64,000 bases of DNA from an uncultured Lachnospiraceae bacterium. Lineage in GTDB: Bacteria; Bacillota; Clostridia; Lachnospirales; Lachnospiraceae. The stretch's first letter is position 1. Every line of letters starts with the position of its first letter. Below are positions 48,478 through 59,460 of the stretch, piece after piece. The notes beneath the pieces are model-generated. The model saw only the letters and a program-made list of their open reading frames with translations. It was not told the origin of the DNA and ran no database searches. Position numbers and translations under genes: made by a program. The stretch covers positions 15,484-79,483 of the forward strand of contig CANOFW010000011.1 in the NCBI GenBank assembly GCA_947565425.1, written 5' to 3'.

Positions 48478-49320
48478 ATGAAGTATTTTAAGAGGGTAGT
48501 AATCCATGTATTGATTCTTACGGTAATGCTGCTGTGCATCAGCACGCTTACAGTGCGCGTACAGCAGACGGCGAAGATCGCCAACCTTTTGGCAACAGAA
48601 GAAACAAAGGAGCTTTTGCGTCGCCAGCAAGTTTCAGCAGACTTATATGAGACGGCTGCAAAATATGGGGAGAAATCAGAGTTTTCCAAATATGAATACC
48701 TGACTGCGGCTATCCTCACAGAAAAAACTGCACAGGAAGAATTGGAAGAGTATCTCAGGCTACTGAAACAGTATTATCCCAGGAAACTTCAAAATATGCA
48801 AAAGACAGAGCTTGCCGTATGGGAGGATTTAAAATATTTTCCGGTTCCGTTATGTGAAACGAATGGTTCGCTTGTCACTTCCTTTGAGAATTCGTGGAAG
48901 TTTGCGCGCAATTTTGGCGGGGAACGTCAGCATGAAGGTACGGATATCATGGCCTTGGTCAATGAGCGTGGGCGTTATCCCATTGTCAGTATGACAGATG
49001 GCACGGTCGAGAAGATAGGCTGGTTGAGACTAGGTGGTTACCGTATCGGCATCCGTTCTCCCAGCGGCGGCTATTATTATTATGCGCATCTTTATGACTA
49101 TGCCAAGGATTTTAAAGAAGGCGATGAGGTAAAGGCTGGAGAACTACTGGGCTTTATGGGTGACAGCGGATATGGGGAGGAGGGAACGATTGGGCAGTTT
49201 GCCGTCCATCTGCATGTGGGTATCTATGTAGATGATGAAAACGGTGAGGAGATGAGCCTTAATCCCTATTGGGCATTAAAGTGGTTGGAAGCACAGCGGC
49301 TATATTTTCGCGAACAGTAA
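48478..49320 (+). CDS. M23 family metallopeptidase (membrane-anchored or secreted)
   Basis: HEGTD (HxxxD), YYYAHL, HLH motifs; N-terminal hydrophobic segment. Confidence 0.88.
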   Translation: MKYFKRVVIHVLILTVMLLCISTLTVRVQQTAKIANLLATEETKELLRRQQVSADLYETAAKYGEKSEFSKYEYLTAAILTEKTAQEELEEYLRLLKQYYPRKLQNMQKTELAVWEDLKYFPVPLCETNGSLVTSFENSWKFARNFGGERQHEGTDIMALVNERGRYPIVSMTDGTVEKIGWLRLGGYRIGIRSPSGGYYYYAHLYDYAKDFKEGDEVKAGELLGFMGDSGYGEEGTIGQFAVHLHVGIYVDDENGEEMSLNPYWALKWLEAQRLYFREQ

Positions 49321-49367
49321 CACTTTCAAGTATATGCCTGACGCGAGCAGTGAGTAAAGGAGAACAT

Positions 49368-50096
49368 ATGCGCTTAGACAAATATCTTGCCGATATGGGC
49401 GTAGGAACACGCAGTGAGGTAAAACAACATATTCGCAAAAAACAAGTGTATGTCAATGACGCGCTGCCCGCAGGCGCACAGCAGCAAGTGGAGCCGGGAA
49501 AGGATGAGATTATTTGCCAGGGCAAGGTGATTGCTTACACCGAATACGAATATTTCATGCTCAACAAACCCCAGGGATGTGTGAGCGCTGTGACAGACCG
49601 AGAACATCAAACGGTGCTGGATTTGATTACGGAAAAGAACCGTAAAGATTTGTTTCCGGTGGGAAGGTTGGATAAGGATACGGAAGGACTGTTACTCATT
49701 ACAAATGACGGCGCGTTGTCTCACAACCTTCTTGCGCCCGGCAAACATGTGCCAAAGACCTATTTTGCTAAAGTTTCCGGGCAGGTGACTGCACTTGATG
49801 TCACAGAATTTGCCAGGGGAATTGATATTGGAGAAGAAAAACTGACAAAGCCTGCGAAGCTTCAGATTCTCTCTTGCGAGGAAATGGTTACGGAGGTTAT
49901 GCTGACAATTACGGAGGGGAAATTTCATCAGGTGAAACGAATGTTTGAGGCTGTTGGTAAGAAAGTATTATTCTTGAAACGTCTTTCTATGGGAGGACTG
50001 TGCCTGGATGTATCTTTGCCGCCAGGCGCTTACCGGCGGCTGACAAAAGAAGAGATTAATTTGCTGAAAAACGGCCTACCAGCAAAGGAGAAATGA
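49368..50096 (+). CDS. RsuA-family pseudouridine synthase
   Basis: S4 domain MRLDKYL, catalytic GRLDKDTEG, EGKFHQVKRM. Confidence 0.93.
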   Translation: MRLDKYLADMGVGTRSEVKQHIRKKQVYVNDALPAGAQQQVEPGKDEIICQGKVIAYTEYEYFMLNKPQGCVSAVTDREHQTVLDLITEKNRKDLFPVGRLDKDTEGLLLITNDGALSHNLLAPGKHVPKTYFAKVSGQVTALDVTEFARGIDIGEEKLTKPAKLQILSCEEMVTEVMLTITEGKFHQVKRMFEAVGKKVLFLKRLSMGGLCLDVSLPPGAYRRLTKEEINLLKNGLPAKEK

Positions 50097-50836
50097 GAAA
50101 TATGTTAAAAAATATACAATCAGTTATTTTTGATTTAGATGGAACACTCGTGGATTCCATGTGGCTCTGGCATGACATTGACGTAGAGTTTTTGGAACAG
50201 CGAGGACTTACCCTACCCGAAACTTATCAGCATGATATTGAAGGCATGAGTTTTACGGAAACAGCAATTTATACGAAAGAATTGTTTCATCTGAAGGAAA
50301 GTGTGGAAGAATTAAAATCCATTTGGAATCAGATGGCATTTGACAAATACAGTCATGAAGTGTATTTCAAACCTGGGGCGGAAAAATTTCTGCAATATTG
50401 CAGGGAGCAAGGGATTACTCTTGGCATTGCCACCAGCAATTCCAAGGAGCTGGTGCAAGCGGTAACCACAGCCTTACAATTTGATGCTCTTATTGATGTA
50501 GTGGTAACAGCCTGTGAAGTGGCGCACGGCAAACCTGCGCCGGATGTTTATCTGGAAGCGGCAAAGAAGTTATCGGCCAAACCGGAAGAATGCCTGGTAT
50601 TTGAAGATGTGCCTATGGGAATTCGTGCTGGGAAGAATGCAGGCATGCGCGTATGTGCTGTGGACGATCCATTTTCCGCCCATCAGGAAAACGAAAAACG
50701 CCGACTGGCGGATTACTATATTTCAAGCTATGAACAAGTACTGGACAATACATATGAAATAAGGAGCTGCTATGGAGGGAACGTTTTTGCCAATCTGCCG
50801 CGAGGATATGGCAGCGCAGGGAATTGCACAGTTTGA
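50093..50836 (+). CDS. HAD family phosphatase
   Basis: FDLDGTLVDS, ATS, GKPAPDVY, FEDVPMG. Confidence 0.9.
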   Translation: MRNMLKNIQSVIFDLDGTLVDSMWLWHDIDVEFLEQRGLTLPETYQHDIEGMSFTETAIYTKELFHLKESVEELKSIWNQMAFDKYSHEVYFKPGAEKFLQYCREQGITLGIATSNSKELVQAVTTALQFDALIDVVVTACEVAHGKPAPDVYLEAAKKLSAKPEECLVFEDVPMGIRAGKNAGMRVCAVDDPFSAHQENEKRRLADYYISSYEQVLDNTYEIRSCYGGNVFANLPRGYGSAGNCTV

Positions 50837-52712
50837 TTTCGTATATGTCATCGGGGACGCCTATGTGGACCATCCTTCGTTTGGACATGCAATTATCAGT
50901 CGTCTTTTGCAGGCGCACGGATATTCGGTGGGCATCATTTCGCAGCCGGACTGGAAGCAAAAGGAGAGCATTGCCATCTACGGTGAGCCGCGCCTGGCGT
51001 TCTTAATCAGCGCCGGAAATATGGATTCTATGGTCAACCATTACAGCGTATCGAAGCGGCTGCGTGAGAAAGATTCTTTTACTGCGGGCGGGGTCATGGG
51101 CAAGCGGCCAGATTATGCCACTGTCGTTTATGGAAATCTAATCCGGCAAACCTACAAAAAAACACCGATACTGATTGGCGGTGTGGAGGCGAGCCTGCGC
51201 CGACTGGCGCATTACGATTATTGGAGTAATAAGGTAAAACGTTCCATTCTTTTAGACAGCGGAGCAGATATTCTCATGTATGGCATGGGGGAACGCAGTA
51301 TCCTTGCTTTGGCGGAGGCGTTAGACAGCGGGCTTGCCGTGTCCGACATCACATATGTACCTGGGACAGTATACAAGACCCAGAAAAAAGAAGACATTTA
51401 CGACGCCGTGTTTCTGCCGGGATTTATGCAGGTTAAGGAGGACAAGTCCGCTTACGCCCGCAGTTTCTATCTGCAATATCAGAATACAGATGCCTTCAAT
51501 GGCAGAAGGCTTGTCGAGGCTTATCCGAATAAGATTTATGTGGTGCAGAATCCTCCGGCAGAACCTTTGAGTCAGATGGAAATGGATGATGTTTATGCGT
51601 TGCCATATATGCGTACCTACCATCCTTCGTATGAGCCGCTTGGCGGCGTCCCTGCCATTGAGGAAGTCAGATTCAGTCTTGCCAGCAACCGCGGATGTTT
51701 TGGCGGATGCAGCTTTTGTGCGTTGACTTTCCACCAGGGACGGATTATTCAGTCCCGAAGTCATGCGTCCATCGTAAAAGAGGCGGAACTTCTGACTAAG
51801 GAGCCGGACTTCAAAGGCTATATTCATGATGTGGGCGGCCCTACTGCAAATTTCCGTTATCCGGCATGTGACAAGCAGTTGCAAAAAGGGGTCTGTCCCG
51901 ACAAGCAGTGTTTGTTTCCCCGCCCCTGTAAGAATTTAAAGGCAGATCATGAGGATTATTTGAAATTATTGCGTAAATTGCGGAACATTCCCGGTGTAAA
52001 AAAGGTGTTTATCCGCTCCGGCATCCGCTTTGATTATGTTTTAGCGGATAAGGACCGCACTTTTCTGCGGGAATTGTGTCAATATCATGTCAGCGGTCAG
52101 TTAAAAGTGGCGCCAGAGCATATTTCTGATAAGGTGCTAGAGAAAATGGGCAAACCGAGTGCTGCTGTTTACCACCAATTTGTCCGGGAATATGAGAAGA
52201 TGAATGAGAGATTAGGCAAGAAACAGTACCTTGTGCCTTACCTGATGTCCTCACATCCGGGCTCCACGCTGCAAGAAGCGGTGGAACTGGCGGAATTCTT
52301 GCGGGATCTCGGCTATATGCCGCAGCAGGTGCAGGATTTTTACCCTACGCCCTCCACGATTTCCACCTGCATGTACTACACGGGCTTAGATCCGCGTACC
52401 ATGGCGCCGGTGTATGTTGCGCACAACCCGCATGAAAAGGCCATGCAGCGCGCCTTAATTCAGTATCGGGAACCTAAGAATTATCATCTGGTAAAAGAAG
52501 CCCTCTTAAAAATAGGACGCGCAGATTTGATTGGCTTCGAGCAGAAGTGTCTGATTCCCCCCAGGGAAATGGCGGACAGAGGAAGCGGAAGGCGAAAGCC
52601 GAATACGAAACATCATTCGCATACGAATACAACACCAAAAATGAAAGGTAAATCACATAAAAAAGGAAAGATGGACGTTAAGAAAACTGTGAGCAAGAAG
52701 AGGAGAAGGTAA
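50772..52712 (+). CDS. YgiQ family radical SAM protein
   Basis: GDAYVDHPSFG, GGVEASLRR, RGCFGGCSFC, DVGGPTAN, QVQDFYPTP. Confidence 0.92.
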   Translation: MEGTFLPICREDMAAQGIAQFDFVYVIGDAYVDHPSFGHAIISRLLQAHGYSVGIISQPDWKQKESIAIYGEPRLAFLISAGNMDSMVNHYSVSKRLREKDSFTAGGVMGKRPDYATVVYGNLIRQTYKKTPILIGGVEASLRRLAHYDYWSNKVKRSILLDSGADILMYGMGERSILALAEALDSGLAVSDITYVPGTVYKTQKKEDIYDAVFLPGFMQVKEDKSAYARSFYLQYQNTDAFNGRRLVEAYPNKIYVVQNPPAEPLSQMEMDDVYALPYMRTYHPSYEPLGGVPAIEEVRFSLASNRGCFGGCSFCALTFHQGRIIQSRSHASIVKEAELLTKEPDFKGYIHDVGGPTANFRYPACDKQLQKGVCPDKQCLFPRPCKNLKADHEDYLKLLRKLRNIPGVKKVFIRSGIRFDYVLADKDRTFLRELCQYHVSGQLKVAPEHISDKVLEKMGKPSAAVYHQFVREYEKMNERLGKKQYLVPYLMSSHPGSTLQEAVELAEFLRDLGYMPQQVQDFYPTPSTISTCMYYTGLDPRTMAPVYVAHNPHEKAMQRALIQYREPKNYHLVKEALLKIGRADLIGFEQKCLIPPREMADRGSGRRKPNTKHHSHTNTTPKMKGKSHKKGKMDVKKTVSKKRRR

Positions 52713-53740
52713 TGCAACGTTTCCAGATCGGCAAAAATGAAGCCGGGCAGCGGTTTGACAAATATCTGAAGAAGCTCTTGTCCGAAGCTCCGGGAAGCTT
52801 CATCTATAAAATGCTTCGCAAGAAGAATATTACTTTAAATGGAAAGAAAGCGGACGGCTCGGAAAAGCTTCACCTGCAAGATGAGGTAACATTGTTCCTC
52901 AGTGAAGAGACGTTTGCCAAATTTGCCTCGCCAATGAAAAGAATTTCTCTGGAAATCTTTGCCAGTAATTATCCGTATAAGCCGCTGGAGATTGTATATG
53001 AGGATGCGGATATTTTGATTATAAACAAGCCTGCCGGCATGTTATCACAAAAAGCAAAGGCAGACGACATTTCGGCAAATGAATATATCATCGGTTATCT
53101 TCTGCACAGCCATGCCATTACTTTGGACGAACTGGCTACCTTCCGTCCTTCTATCTGTAATCGTCTGGATTACAATACTTCTGGACTTCTGATTGCAGGT
53201 AAAAGCCTCAAAGGATTACAGGAAATGGCAGAACAGTTAAACAGCCGGGATATCGAAAAGCATTATCGTTGCCTGGTAAAAGGGCGGATCCAGAAACCGC
53301 AGATGATTGACGGCTGGCTGCAAAAAGAAGAGAAGGACAACCGTGTGCGGATTTCTCAGGTAAAGCTACCAAAAAGCAAATACATTAAGACAAGTTATAG
53401 ACCTCTCGCCTATTATCAGAAGGATTTTTCAAGCCATGGAGAGGCGTGTGTGAAAAAGATAGGCAAGAACGATATGGATGGCGATATGGATCATTATACG
53501 TTACTTGACGTACATCTGATCACCGGACGTTCCCACCAGATACGAGCACATTTAGCTTCGGTGGGGCATCCCATAGTCGGGGACGGGAAATACGGCGACA
53601 AAAAGACGAATGACTTCTTTGCGCGCCGGTTCCATATCCATGCGCAGATGCTTCAGGCATATCGCTTAAAACTCAGTGACGGCAGAGAATTTGAGGCATT
53701 GCCCACGGCAGAATTTTTGCGTGTACTGGAAAAGATATAG
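52712..53740 (+). CDS. RluA/RluC-family pseudouridine synthase
   Basis: S4 domain, NKPAG, NRLDYNTSG (catalytic Asp), TGRSHQIRAH. Confidence 0.92.
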   Translation: MQRFQIGKNEAGQRFDKYLKKLLSEAPGSFIYKMLRKKNITLNGKKADGSEKLHLQDEVTLFLSEETFAKFASPMKRISLEIFASNYPYKPLEIVYEDADILIINKPAGMLSQKAKADDISANEYIIGYLLHSHAITLDELATFRPSICNRLDYNTSGLLIAGKSLKGLQEMAEQLNSRDIEKHYRCLVKGRIQKPQMIDGWLQKEEKDNRVRISQVKLPKSKYIKTSYRPLAYYQKDFSSHGEACVKKIGKNDMDGDMDHYTLLDVHLITGRSHQIRAHLASVGHPIVGDGKYGDKKTNDFFARRFHIHAQMLQAYRLKLSDGREFEALPTAEFLRVLEKI

Positions 53741-53757
53741 AAAGGACATTTACTCTT

Positions 53758-54291
53758 ATGCCAACATGGAATTCAAGAGGACTGCGAGGTTCAACGCTGG
53801 AGGAATTGGTAAATCTCACGAACGAGAAATATGCAGAGCATGGACTCGCACTGATTCAGAAGGTGCCGACTCCTATTACGCCTCTTAAAATCGATAAAGA
53901 CAGCCGCCATATTACACTTGCCTATTTTGATCAGAAGAGTACCGTAGACTATATTGGGGCAGTGCAGGGAATTCCCGTCTGTTTTGACGCCAAAGAATGT
54001 CATACAGATACCTTTCCTTTACAGAATATTCATTTACATCAAGTGCAGTTTATGGAAAAATTTGAAGAACAGCAGGGGATTGCATTCTTACTGATCTTTT
54101 ATTCCCATCGCAGTGAAGCCTATTATCTCCGTTTTCAAAAATTGATGGAATTTTGGATGCGCGCGCAAGAAGGCGGCAGAAAAAGTTTCCGTTATGAGGA
54201 ATTGGAACCGCAGTATTTTCTGTCCTCTAAGGGAGGTATCCTGCTTCCTTATTTAGACGCCATGCAAAAAGATTTAGAAAAACGCGGTTGA
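53758..54291 (+). CDS. recU: Holliday junction resolvase RecU
   Basis: RGSTLE, KVPTP, STVDYIG, FDAKE. Confidence 0.92.
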   Translation: MPTWNSRGLRGSTLEELVNLTNEKYAEHGLALIQKVPTPITPLKIDKDSRHITLAYFDQKSTVDYIGAVQGIPVCFDAKECHTDTFPLQNIHLHQVQFMEKFEEQQGIAFLLIFYSHRSEAYYLRFQKLMEFWMRAQEGGRKSFRYEELEPQYFLSSKGGILLPYLDAMQKDLEKRG

Positions 54292-54316
54292 CTTTTGCTA
54301 GCGCCTTCGCTATAAT
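54288..54316 (+). promoter_or_regulatory. Sigma-A promoter of the his operon
   Basis: TTGACT(54288-54293), 17 nt spacer, TATAAT(54311-54316). Confidence 0.8.
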
Positions 54317-54390
54317 AAGCAATGTTTAATTTAGTAGCATGGTAACACGTTAAAGTGCTGATTCTAATTTTTAGAAAGGAAATTTACCAA

Positions 54391-55575
54391 ATGAAACGCA
54401 AGCTATTACATACCCCGGAGGGGGTTCGGGATATTTACAATATGGAATGTGCAAGGAAATTGATTTTGCAGCAAAACTTGCAAGATTTGCTAAAAATGTA
54501 CGGGTATCAGGCCATTGAGACGCCGACATTTGAATTTTTCGACATTTTTAGTCGGGAAATCGGCACGACCCCATCGAAGGATTTATATAAATTTTTTGAC
54601 AGAGAGGGGAATACACTGGTGCTGCGCCCGGATATGACGCCATCCATTGCCCGATGTGTGGCAAAGTATTATGCGGAAGAAGAATTTCCGGTACGCCTTT
54701 GTTATATGGGAAATACTTTTATCAATAATAACAGTTACCAGGGCAGATTGAAGGAGAGTACGCAATTGGGCGCCGAGTTGGTGGGTGACAATTCGGTGGC
54801 GGCAGACGCTGAGATTCTCGCACTAGTTGTCGATTCGCTAAAAACGGCCGGTCTTTTGGAATTTCAAATCGGCGTAGGACATACAGATTTCTTCCGCGGA
54901 TTGGTGCAGGCGGCAGAGCTGAAAGAAGAAGAGGAGCAGGAATTAATCGCGTTGATTTCTAATAAGAATTTCTTTGGCGTGGAGGAACTTGTAGATTCGC
55001 TTCATCTGTCATCGGAGCTGAAAGAATTATTTTCTATGCTGGGGAACCTTTGCATGAGCGATGATATGATGTGCAAGGCAAAGAAACTTTCCGCAAGGTA
55101 TCCGGTTATCTTGCAAGCGCTGGAACGCTTAGAATCTTTAATGCAAGTTCTTTCCTGCTATCATGTCGAAAAATATGTGTCGATAGAACTTGGTATGCTC
55201 AGCAGCTACCATTATTATACGGGTATTATTTTTGCAGGCTACACGTTTGGCAGCGGCGAGCCTATTGTAAAAGGCGGTCGTTATGATAATCTGATGGATT
55301 ATTTTGGTAAGCATGCACCTTCTATTGGTTTTGCTGTTGTGACAGATCAGCTTCTCGCTGCTTTGGCACGGCAGAAAATTGACATAGCGGTTGAGAACAA
55401 TCAGACATTGGTTGTATACCATAAAGAGCATCAGCAGGAAGCAATTGAACGTGCCGTTTCACTGCGGGAACAAAATCTTGGAGCTGCGCTTGTGTGCTGG
55501 GAGGATGAAAAAACAGAGGCGGATTACCGCGCGTATGCGCAGCGTATGCATATGCAGTCGATTATGTTTATCTGA
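54391..55575 (+). CDS. hisZ: ATP phosphoribosyltransferase regulatory subunit
   Basis: [34 protein letters not shown]; precedes a short-form hisG. Confidence 0.93.
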   Translation: MKRKLLHTPEGVRDIYNMECARKLILQQNLQDLLKMYGYQAIETPTFEFFDIFSREIGTTPSKDLYKFFDREGNTLVLRPDMTPSIARCVAKYYAEEEFPVRLCYMGNTFINNNSYQGRLKESTQLGAELVGDNSVAADAEILALVVDSLKTAGLLEFQIGVGHTDFFRGLVQAAELKEEEEQELIALISNKNFFGVEELVDSLHLSSELKELFSMLGNLCMSDDMMCKAKKLSARYPVILQALERLESLMQVLSCYHVEKYVSIELGMLSSYHYYTGIIFAGYTFGSGEPIVKGGRYDNLMDYFGKHAPSIGFAVVTDQLLAALARQKIDIAVENNQTLVVYHKEHQQEAIERAVSLREQNLGAALVCWEDEKTEADYRAYAQRMHMQSIMFI

Positions 55576-55589
55576 GAACGGAGGAAAAA

Positions 55590-56225
55590 ATGAGATATTT
55601 GACATTTGCATTGGGGAAGGGACGGTTGGCGAAACAGACACTTTCTACCTTTGAAAAAATAGGCATTACCTGCCATGAAATGAAAGACAAGGATACCCGT
55701 AAATTAATCTTTGTCAATGAAGAGCTGAAATTGAAATTTTTCCTTGCCAAAGGACCGGATGTGCCCACTTATGTGGAGTATGGGGCGGCAGATATCGGCG
55801 TAGTCGGTAAAGATACTATCTTAGAGGAAGCGCGTAACATTTATGAGGTATTAGATTTAGGGTTTGGCAAATGTAGGATGTGTGTCTGCGGACCGAAAGA
55901 AGCCGGGGAATTACTACAGCACCATGAATTAATCCGCGTTGCTACCAAATACCCAAGGATTGCTAAGGATTATTTCTATAACAAGAAGCATCAGACGGTA
56001 GAGATTATCAAACTCAACGGTTCGATAGAGCTTGCGCCGATCGTCGGCTTATCAGAAGTAATTGTTGATATCGTAGAAACTGGCTCCACTTTGCGCGAAA
56101 ATGGGCTCGGTGTTTTGGAAGAAGTCTGCCCCCTGTCGGCAAGGATGGTGGTGAACCAAGTCAGCATGAAGATGGAAAACGAACGCATTACAAAGTTAAT
56201 CCGGGAGCTGAAGGAAGTTCTTTAG
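55590..56225 (+). CDS. hisG: ATP phosphoribosyltransferase, short form
   Basis: [47 protein letters not shown]. Confidence 0.96.
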   Translation: MRYLTFALGKGRLAKQTLSTFEKIGITCHEMKDKDTRKLIFVNEELKLKFFLAKGPDVPTYVEYGAADIGVVGKDTILEEARNIYEVLDLGFGKCRMCVCGPKEAGELLQHHELIRVATKYPRIAKDYFYNKKHQTVEIIKLNGSIELAPIVGLSEVIVDIVETGSTLRENGLGVLEEVCPLSARMVVNQVSMKMENERITKLIRELKEVL

Positions 56226-56249
56226 CCCAGAGACAAGGAGGAAGTTTTC

Positions 56250-57542
56250 ATGAGAATTTTAAAATTGACGGAGGATACCAGAAAAAATCTTCTGGAAGAC
56301 CTTTTAAAACGAAGTCCCAACAGCTATAAGCAATATGAAGACAGTGTAAATGAAATAATCGAAAACGTGCGTCAGAATGGAGATAGCGCCGTCTTTTCTT
56401 ACACGAAACAGTTTGACGGCGCTGATACTCACGAGGGGAATATCCGCGTAACGCGAGATGAAATCGACCGGGCCTATGCGCTCGTGGATGACAAGCTCAT
56501 CGAGGTCATGAAGAAATCGTTAGAAAACATACGCATTTACCATGAGAAACAGAAGCAGTACAGTTGGTTTGACAGCAGACCGGATGGTGTCTTATTGGGA
56601 CAGAAGGTGACGCCGCTTGCGCGCGTGGGCGTATATGTGCCGGGAGGGAAGGCCGCCTACCCATCTTCTGTATTGATGAATGTACTGCCGGCGAAAGTAG
56701 CAGGCGTAGGAAAGATTGTCATGACGACCCCCTGTAATCGGGAAGGACAAGTAAACCCTGCCACCTTAGTGGCAGCGGACCTTGCGGGTGTTGATGAAGT
56801 TTATAAAGTCGGCGGCGCCCAGGCAATTGCAGCGCTTGCATTCGGCACAAAGAGTATTCCTAAGGTGGACAAAATTGTCGGTCCCGGAAATATCTATGTG
56901 GCCTTGGCAAAGAAAGCCGTATTCGGACATGTGAGCATCGACTCTATTGCCGGGCCAAGTGAAATTCTCGTACTTGCCGATGAAAGTGCAAACCCGCGAT
57001 ATGCGGCGGCAGATTTGCTATCTCAGGCAGAGCATGATGAACTGGCTAGCGCAATTTTAATTACGACGAGTGAAACGTTCGCCGCGCAGGTTTCCGCAGA
57101 AATCGACAATTTTACCGCCACGCTTTCCCGCAAAGATATTATAGAGAAATCATTGGAAAATTACGGCTATATCCTGGTGGCTGAGAATATGGAGGATGCT
57201 ATACACGCTGTCAACGAGATTGCCTCCGAGCATCTTGAGATATTAACGGTAAATCCTTTTGAGACGATGATGAAGATTCAAAATGCCGGCGCTATCTTTT
57301 TGGGAGAATATGCCAGTGAGCCTTTGGGCGACTATTTTGCTGGTCCCAACCATGTACTCCCAACGAATGGGACGGCAAAGTTTTTCTCCCCGCTGAGCGT
57401 CGATGATTTCATCAAAAAATCTAGCATTATTTCTTATTCTAAAGAGGCACTGGAACCAATTTACAAGGATATTGTGCAATTTGCAGAGTCAGAACGGTTG
57501 ACGGCTCATGCAAATTCAATTAAAGTAAGGTTTGAGGATTAG
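56250..57542 (+). CDS. hisD: Histidinol dehydrogenase
   Basis: YVPGGKAAYPSSV, GGAQAIAALA, AGPSE, SQAEHD, ASEHLE, GPNHVLPT. Confidence 0.96.
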   Translation: MRILKLTEDTRKNLLEDLLKRSPNSYKQYEDSVNEIIENVRQNGDSAVFSYTKQFDGADTHEGNIRVTRDEIDRAYALVDDKLIEVMKKSLENIRIYHEKQKQYSWFDSRPDGVLLGQKVTPLARVGVYVPGGKAAYPSSVLMNVLPAKVAGVGKIVMTTPCNREGQVNPATLVAADLAGVDEVYKVGGAQAIAALAFGTKSIPKVDKIVGPGNIYVALAKKAVFGHVSIDSIAGPSEILVLADESANPRYAAADLLSQAEHDELASAILITTSETFAAQVSAEIDNFTATLSRKDIIEKSLENYGYILVAENMEDAIHAVNEIASEHLEILTVNPFETMMKIQNAGAIFLGEYASEPLGDYFAGPNHVLPTNGTAKFFSPLSVDDFIKKSSIISYSKEALEPIYKDIVQFAESERLTAHANSIKVRFED

Positions 57543-57553
57543 GAGGGATTACC

Positions 57554-58147
57554 ATGTCAAATGAAAGAATCAACAAGCAGCGACGTAAGACGAAGGAGAC
57601 AGAAATCAATCTTACACTCAATATAGATGGCAGGGGCGAAACACAGATTGATACGGGAATAGGTTTCTTTGATCACATGCTGGACGGTTTTGCACGCCAT
57701 GGGCTCTTCGATTTGAAAGTTCAGGTAAAGGGCGACTTAATTGTTGATACCCACCATTCCATCGAAGACACCGGGATTGTGCTGGGAAAAGCGATTCGCT
57801 ACGCACTGAAAGATAAAAAAGGCATGAAACGTTATGGAAGCTGCATCCTGCCGATGGACGAGACATTGGTATTGTGTGCCATTGATTTAAGCGGCAGGCC
57901 GTATTTTTCATTCGAGGGAGAGTTTACGACAGAGAGAGTGGGGTATATGGAGACAGAGATGGTCCGCGAATTTTTCTATGCCATCTCTTACAACGCAGGG
58001 ATGAATTTACATATGAAAATCCTGTCGGGAACCAATAACCATCACATGATTGAGGGACTTTTTAAAGCGTTTGGGCGCGCCCTGGATGAAGCTACCATGA
58101 AAGACCCTCGAATCAGTGACGTTATGTCAACGAAAGGCAGCTTATAG
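57554..58147 (+). CDS. hisB: Imidazoleglycerol-phosphate dehydratase
   Basis: [29 protein letters not shown]. Confidence 0.96.
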   Translation: MSNERINKQRRKTKETEINLTLNIDGRGETQIDTGIGFFDHMLDGFARHGLFDLKVQVKGDLIVDTHHSIEDTGIVLGKAIRYALKDKKGMKRYGSCILPMDETLVLCAIDLSGRPYFSFEGEFTTERVGYMETEMVREFFYAISYNAGMNLHMKILSGTNNHHMIEGLFKAFGRALDEATMKDPRISDVMSTKGSL

Positions 58148-58155
58148 GTGACATT

Positions 58156-59460
58156 ATGGAACACAAAAACTTAATCGCCACAATTTACTTAAAAGATGGT
58201 AACGCCGTAAAAGGTCGAGCTGACTTTACGGTTGTCGGCGACTGGAAAGAATTGTCAAAATTATATAACGAGAGCGGGGTCGATAAACTCTATGTATTTG
58301 ACTTATCGCAGAATGACAGAGAGCATGATATCCATCTGGGTATCATTCGCCATCTGAGCCGTCACATTGAGATTCCTGTTTATGGAGCAGGAAATATCAA
58401 GAAAATGGAAGATATCAAAAAGATTCTCTATGCCGGCTGCAAGGGAGCGATACTGGACGGTTCCAGGCATGATATCATTGAGATGGTTCAGGAAGCTGGG
58501 CAACGTTTTGGCAAAGAAAAGCTCCTGGTCTCTATGGAGACGGTGGACTTAATTTTTAAACATAAAAAAGAAGCGGAAGAACACATTCATAAGTTAGTAG
58601 TACTGAATGAAACGATTGTAGACGCATTAACGAACATTACAAATCTTCCATTCAGCGTTATTGTCTCCGGTTACGATAAAAAGCAATGGACAGATATATT
58701 AAAACGTGATGCGGTGACAGGCATTGGCGGCAATTATGTCAGCAGCCCAGGCACGGATATCATGAGCTTAAAACGAAATCTGTCTGCTGAGGGCATACAG
58801 ACAAGCAAATTTGTCTCCGCGATTCCCTGGTCGGAGTTTAAATTAAATGAAGATGGCTTGATTCCGGTGGTGGTGCAGGAATACCAGACTTGTGAGGTAT
58901 TGATGCTTGCTTATATGAACGAGGAAGCGTACAACATGACGCTTGCCATAGGTAAAATGACTTACTACAGCAGAAGCCGACAGGAACTTTGGATTAAGGG
59001 CGAAACTTCTGGACATTACCAGTATGTAAAATCTCTAACCATAGACTGTGACAAAGACACAATCCTTGCCACCGTCTCGCAGGTGGGCGCCGCCTGCCAT
59101 ACCGGTAATCCTACCTGTTTCTTTCAGGATTTGGTGAAAAAAGAATATATTAGTCGCAATCCACTGAAAGTATTTGAAAATATGTATGATACCATCACCG
59201 AGCGCAGAGAGCATCCCAAGGAAGGTTCTTATACAAATTATCTTTTCGATAAAGGGTTAGACAAGATTTTGCAAAATATCGGCGAAGAGGCGACGGAGAT
59301 TGTCATTGCCGCCAAGAATACGGAACCGGAGGAAATCACTTATGAAATATGTGATTTTATCTATGATTTGGTTGTGATGATGGTGGAAACCGGAATTACC
59401 TGGGACGAGGTTGTAGAAGAGCTGAACCAACGCTATTTCTATAGTGGCAACCGCAAATAG
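58156..59460 (+). CDS. hisIE: Fusion of a degenerate HisF/HisA-like barrel, HisI cyclohydrolase and HisE pyrophosphatase
   Basis: HisI motifs [38 protein letters not shown]; HisE motifs [14 protein letters not shown]; N-terminal ~220 aa resemble HisF. Confidence 0.85.
   Translation: MEHKNLIATIYLKDGNAVKGRADFTVVGDWKELSKLYNESGVDKLYVFDLSQNDREHDIHLGIIRHLSRHIEIPVYGAGNIKKMEDIKKILYAGCKGAILDGSRHDIIEMVQEAGQRFGKEKLLVSMETVDLIFKHKKEAEEHIHKLVVLNETIVDALTNITNLPFSVIVSGYDKKQWTDILKRDAVTGIGGNYVSSPGTDIMSLKRNLSAEGIQTSKFVSAIPWSEFKLNEDGLIPVVVQEYQTCEVLMLAYMNEEAYNMTLAIGKMTYYSRSRQELWIKGETSGHYQYVKSLTIDCDKDTILATVSQVGAACHTGNPTCFFQDLVKKEYISRNPLKVFENMYDTITERREHPKEGSYTNYLFDKGLDKILQNIGEEATEIVIAAKNTEPEEITYEICDFIYDLVVMMVETGITWDEVVEELNQRYFYSGNRK

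Noticed and set aside
50772-50836. 65-nt overlap between the HAD and ygiQ genes as a possible programmed frameshift or fusion
   Set aside because: No slippery sequence, and ygiQ has its own RBS (AAGGAG). Most simply a HAD stop-codon loss giving a short read-through tail.
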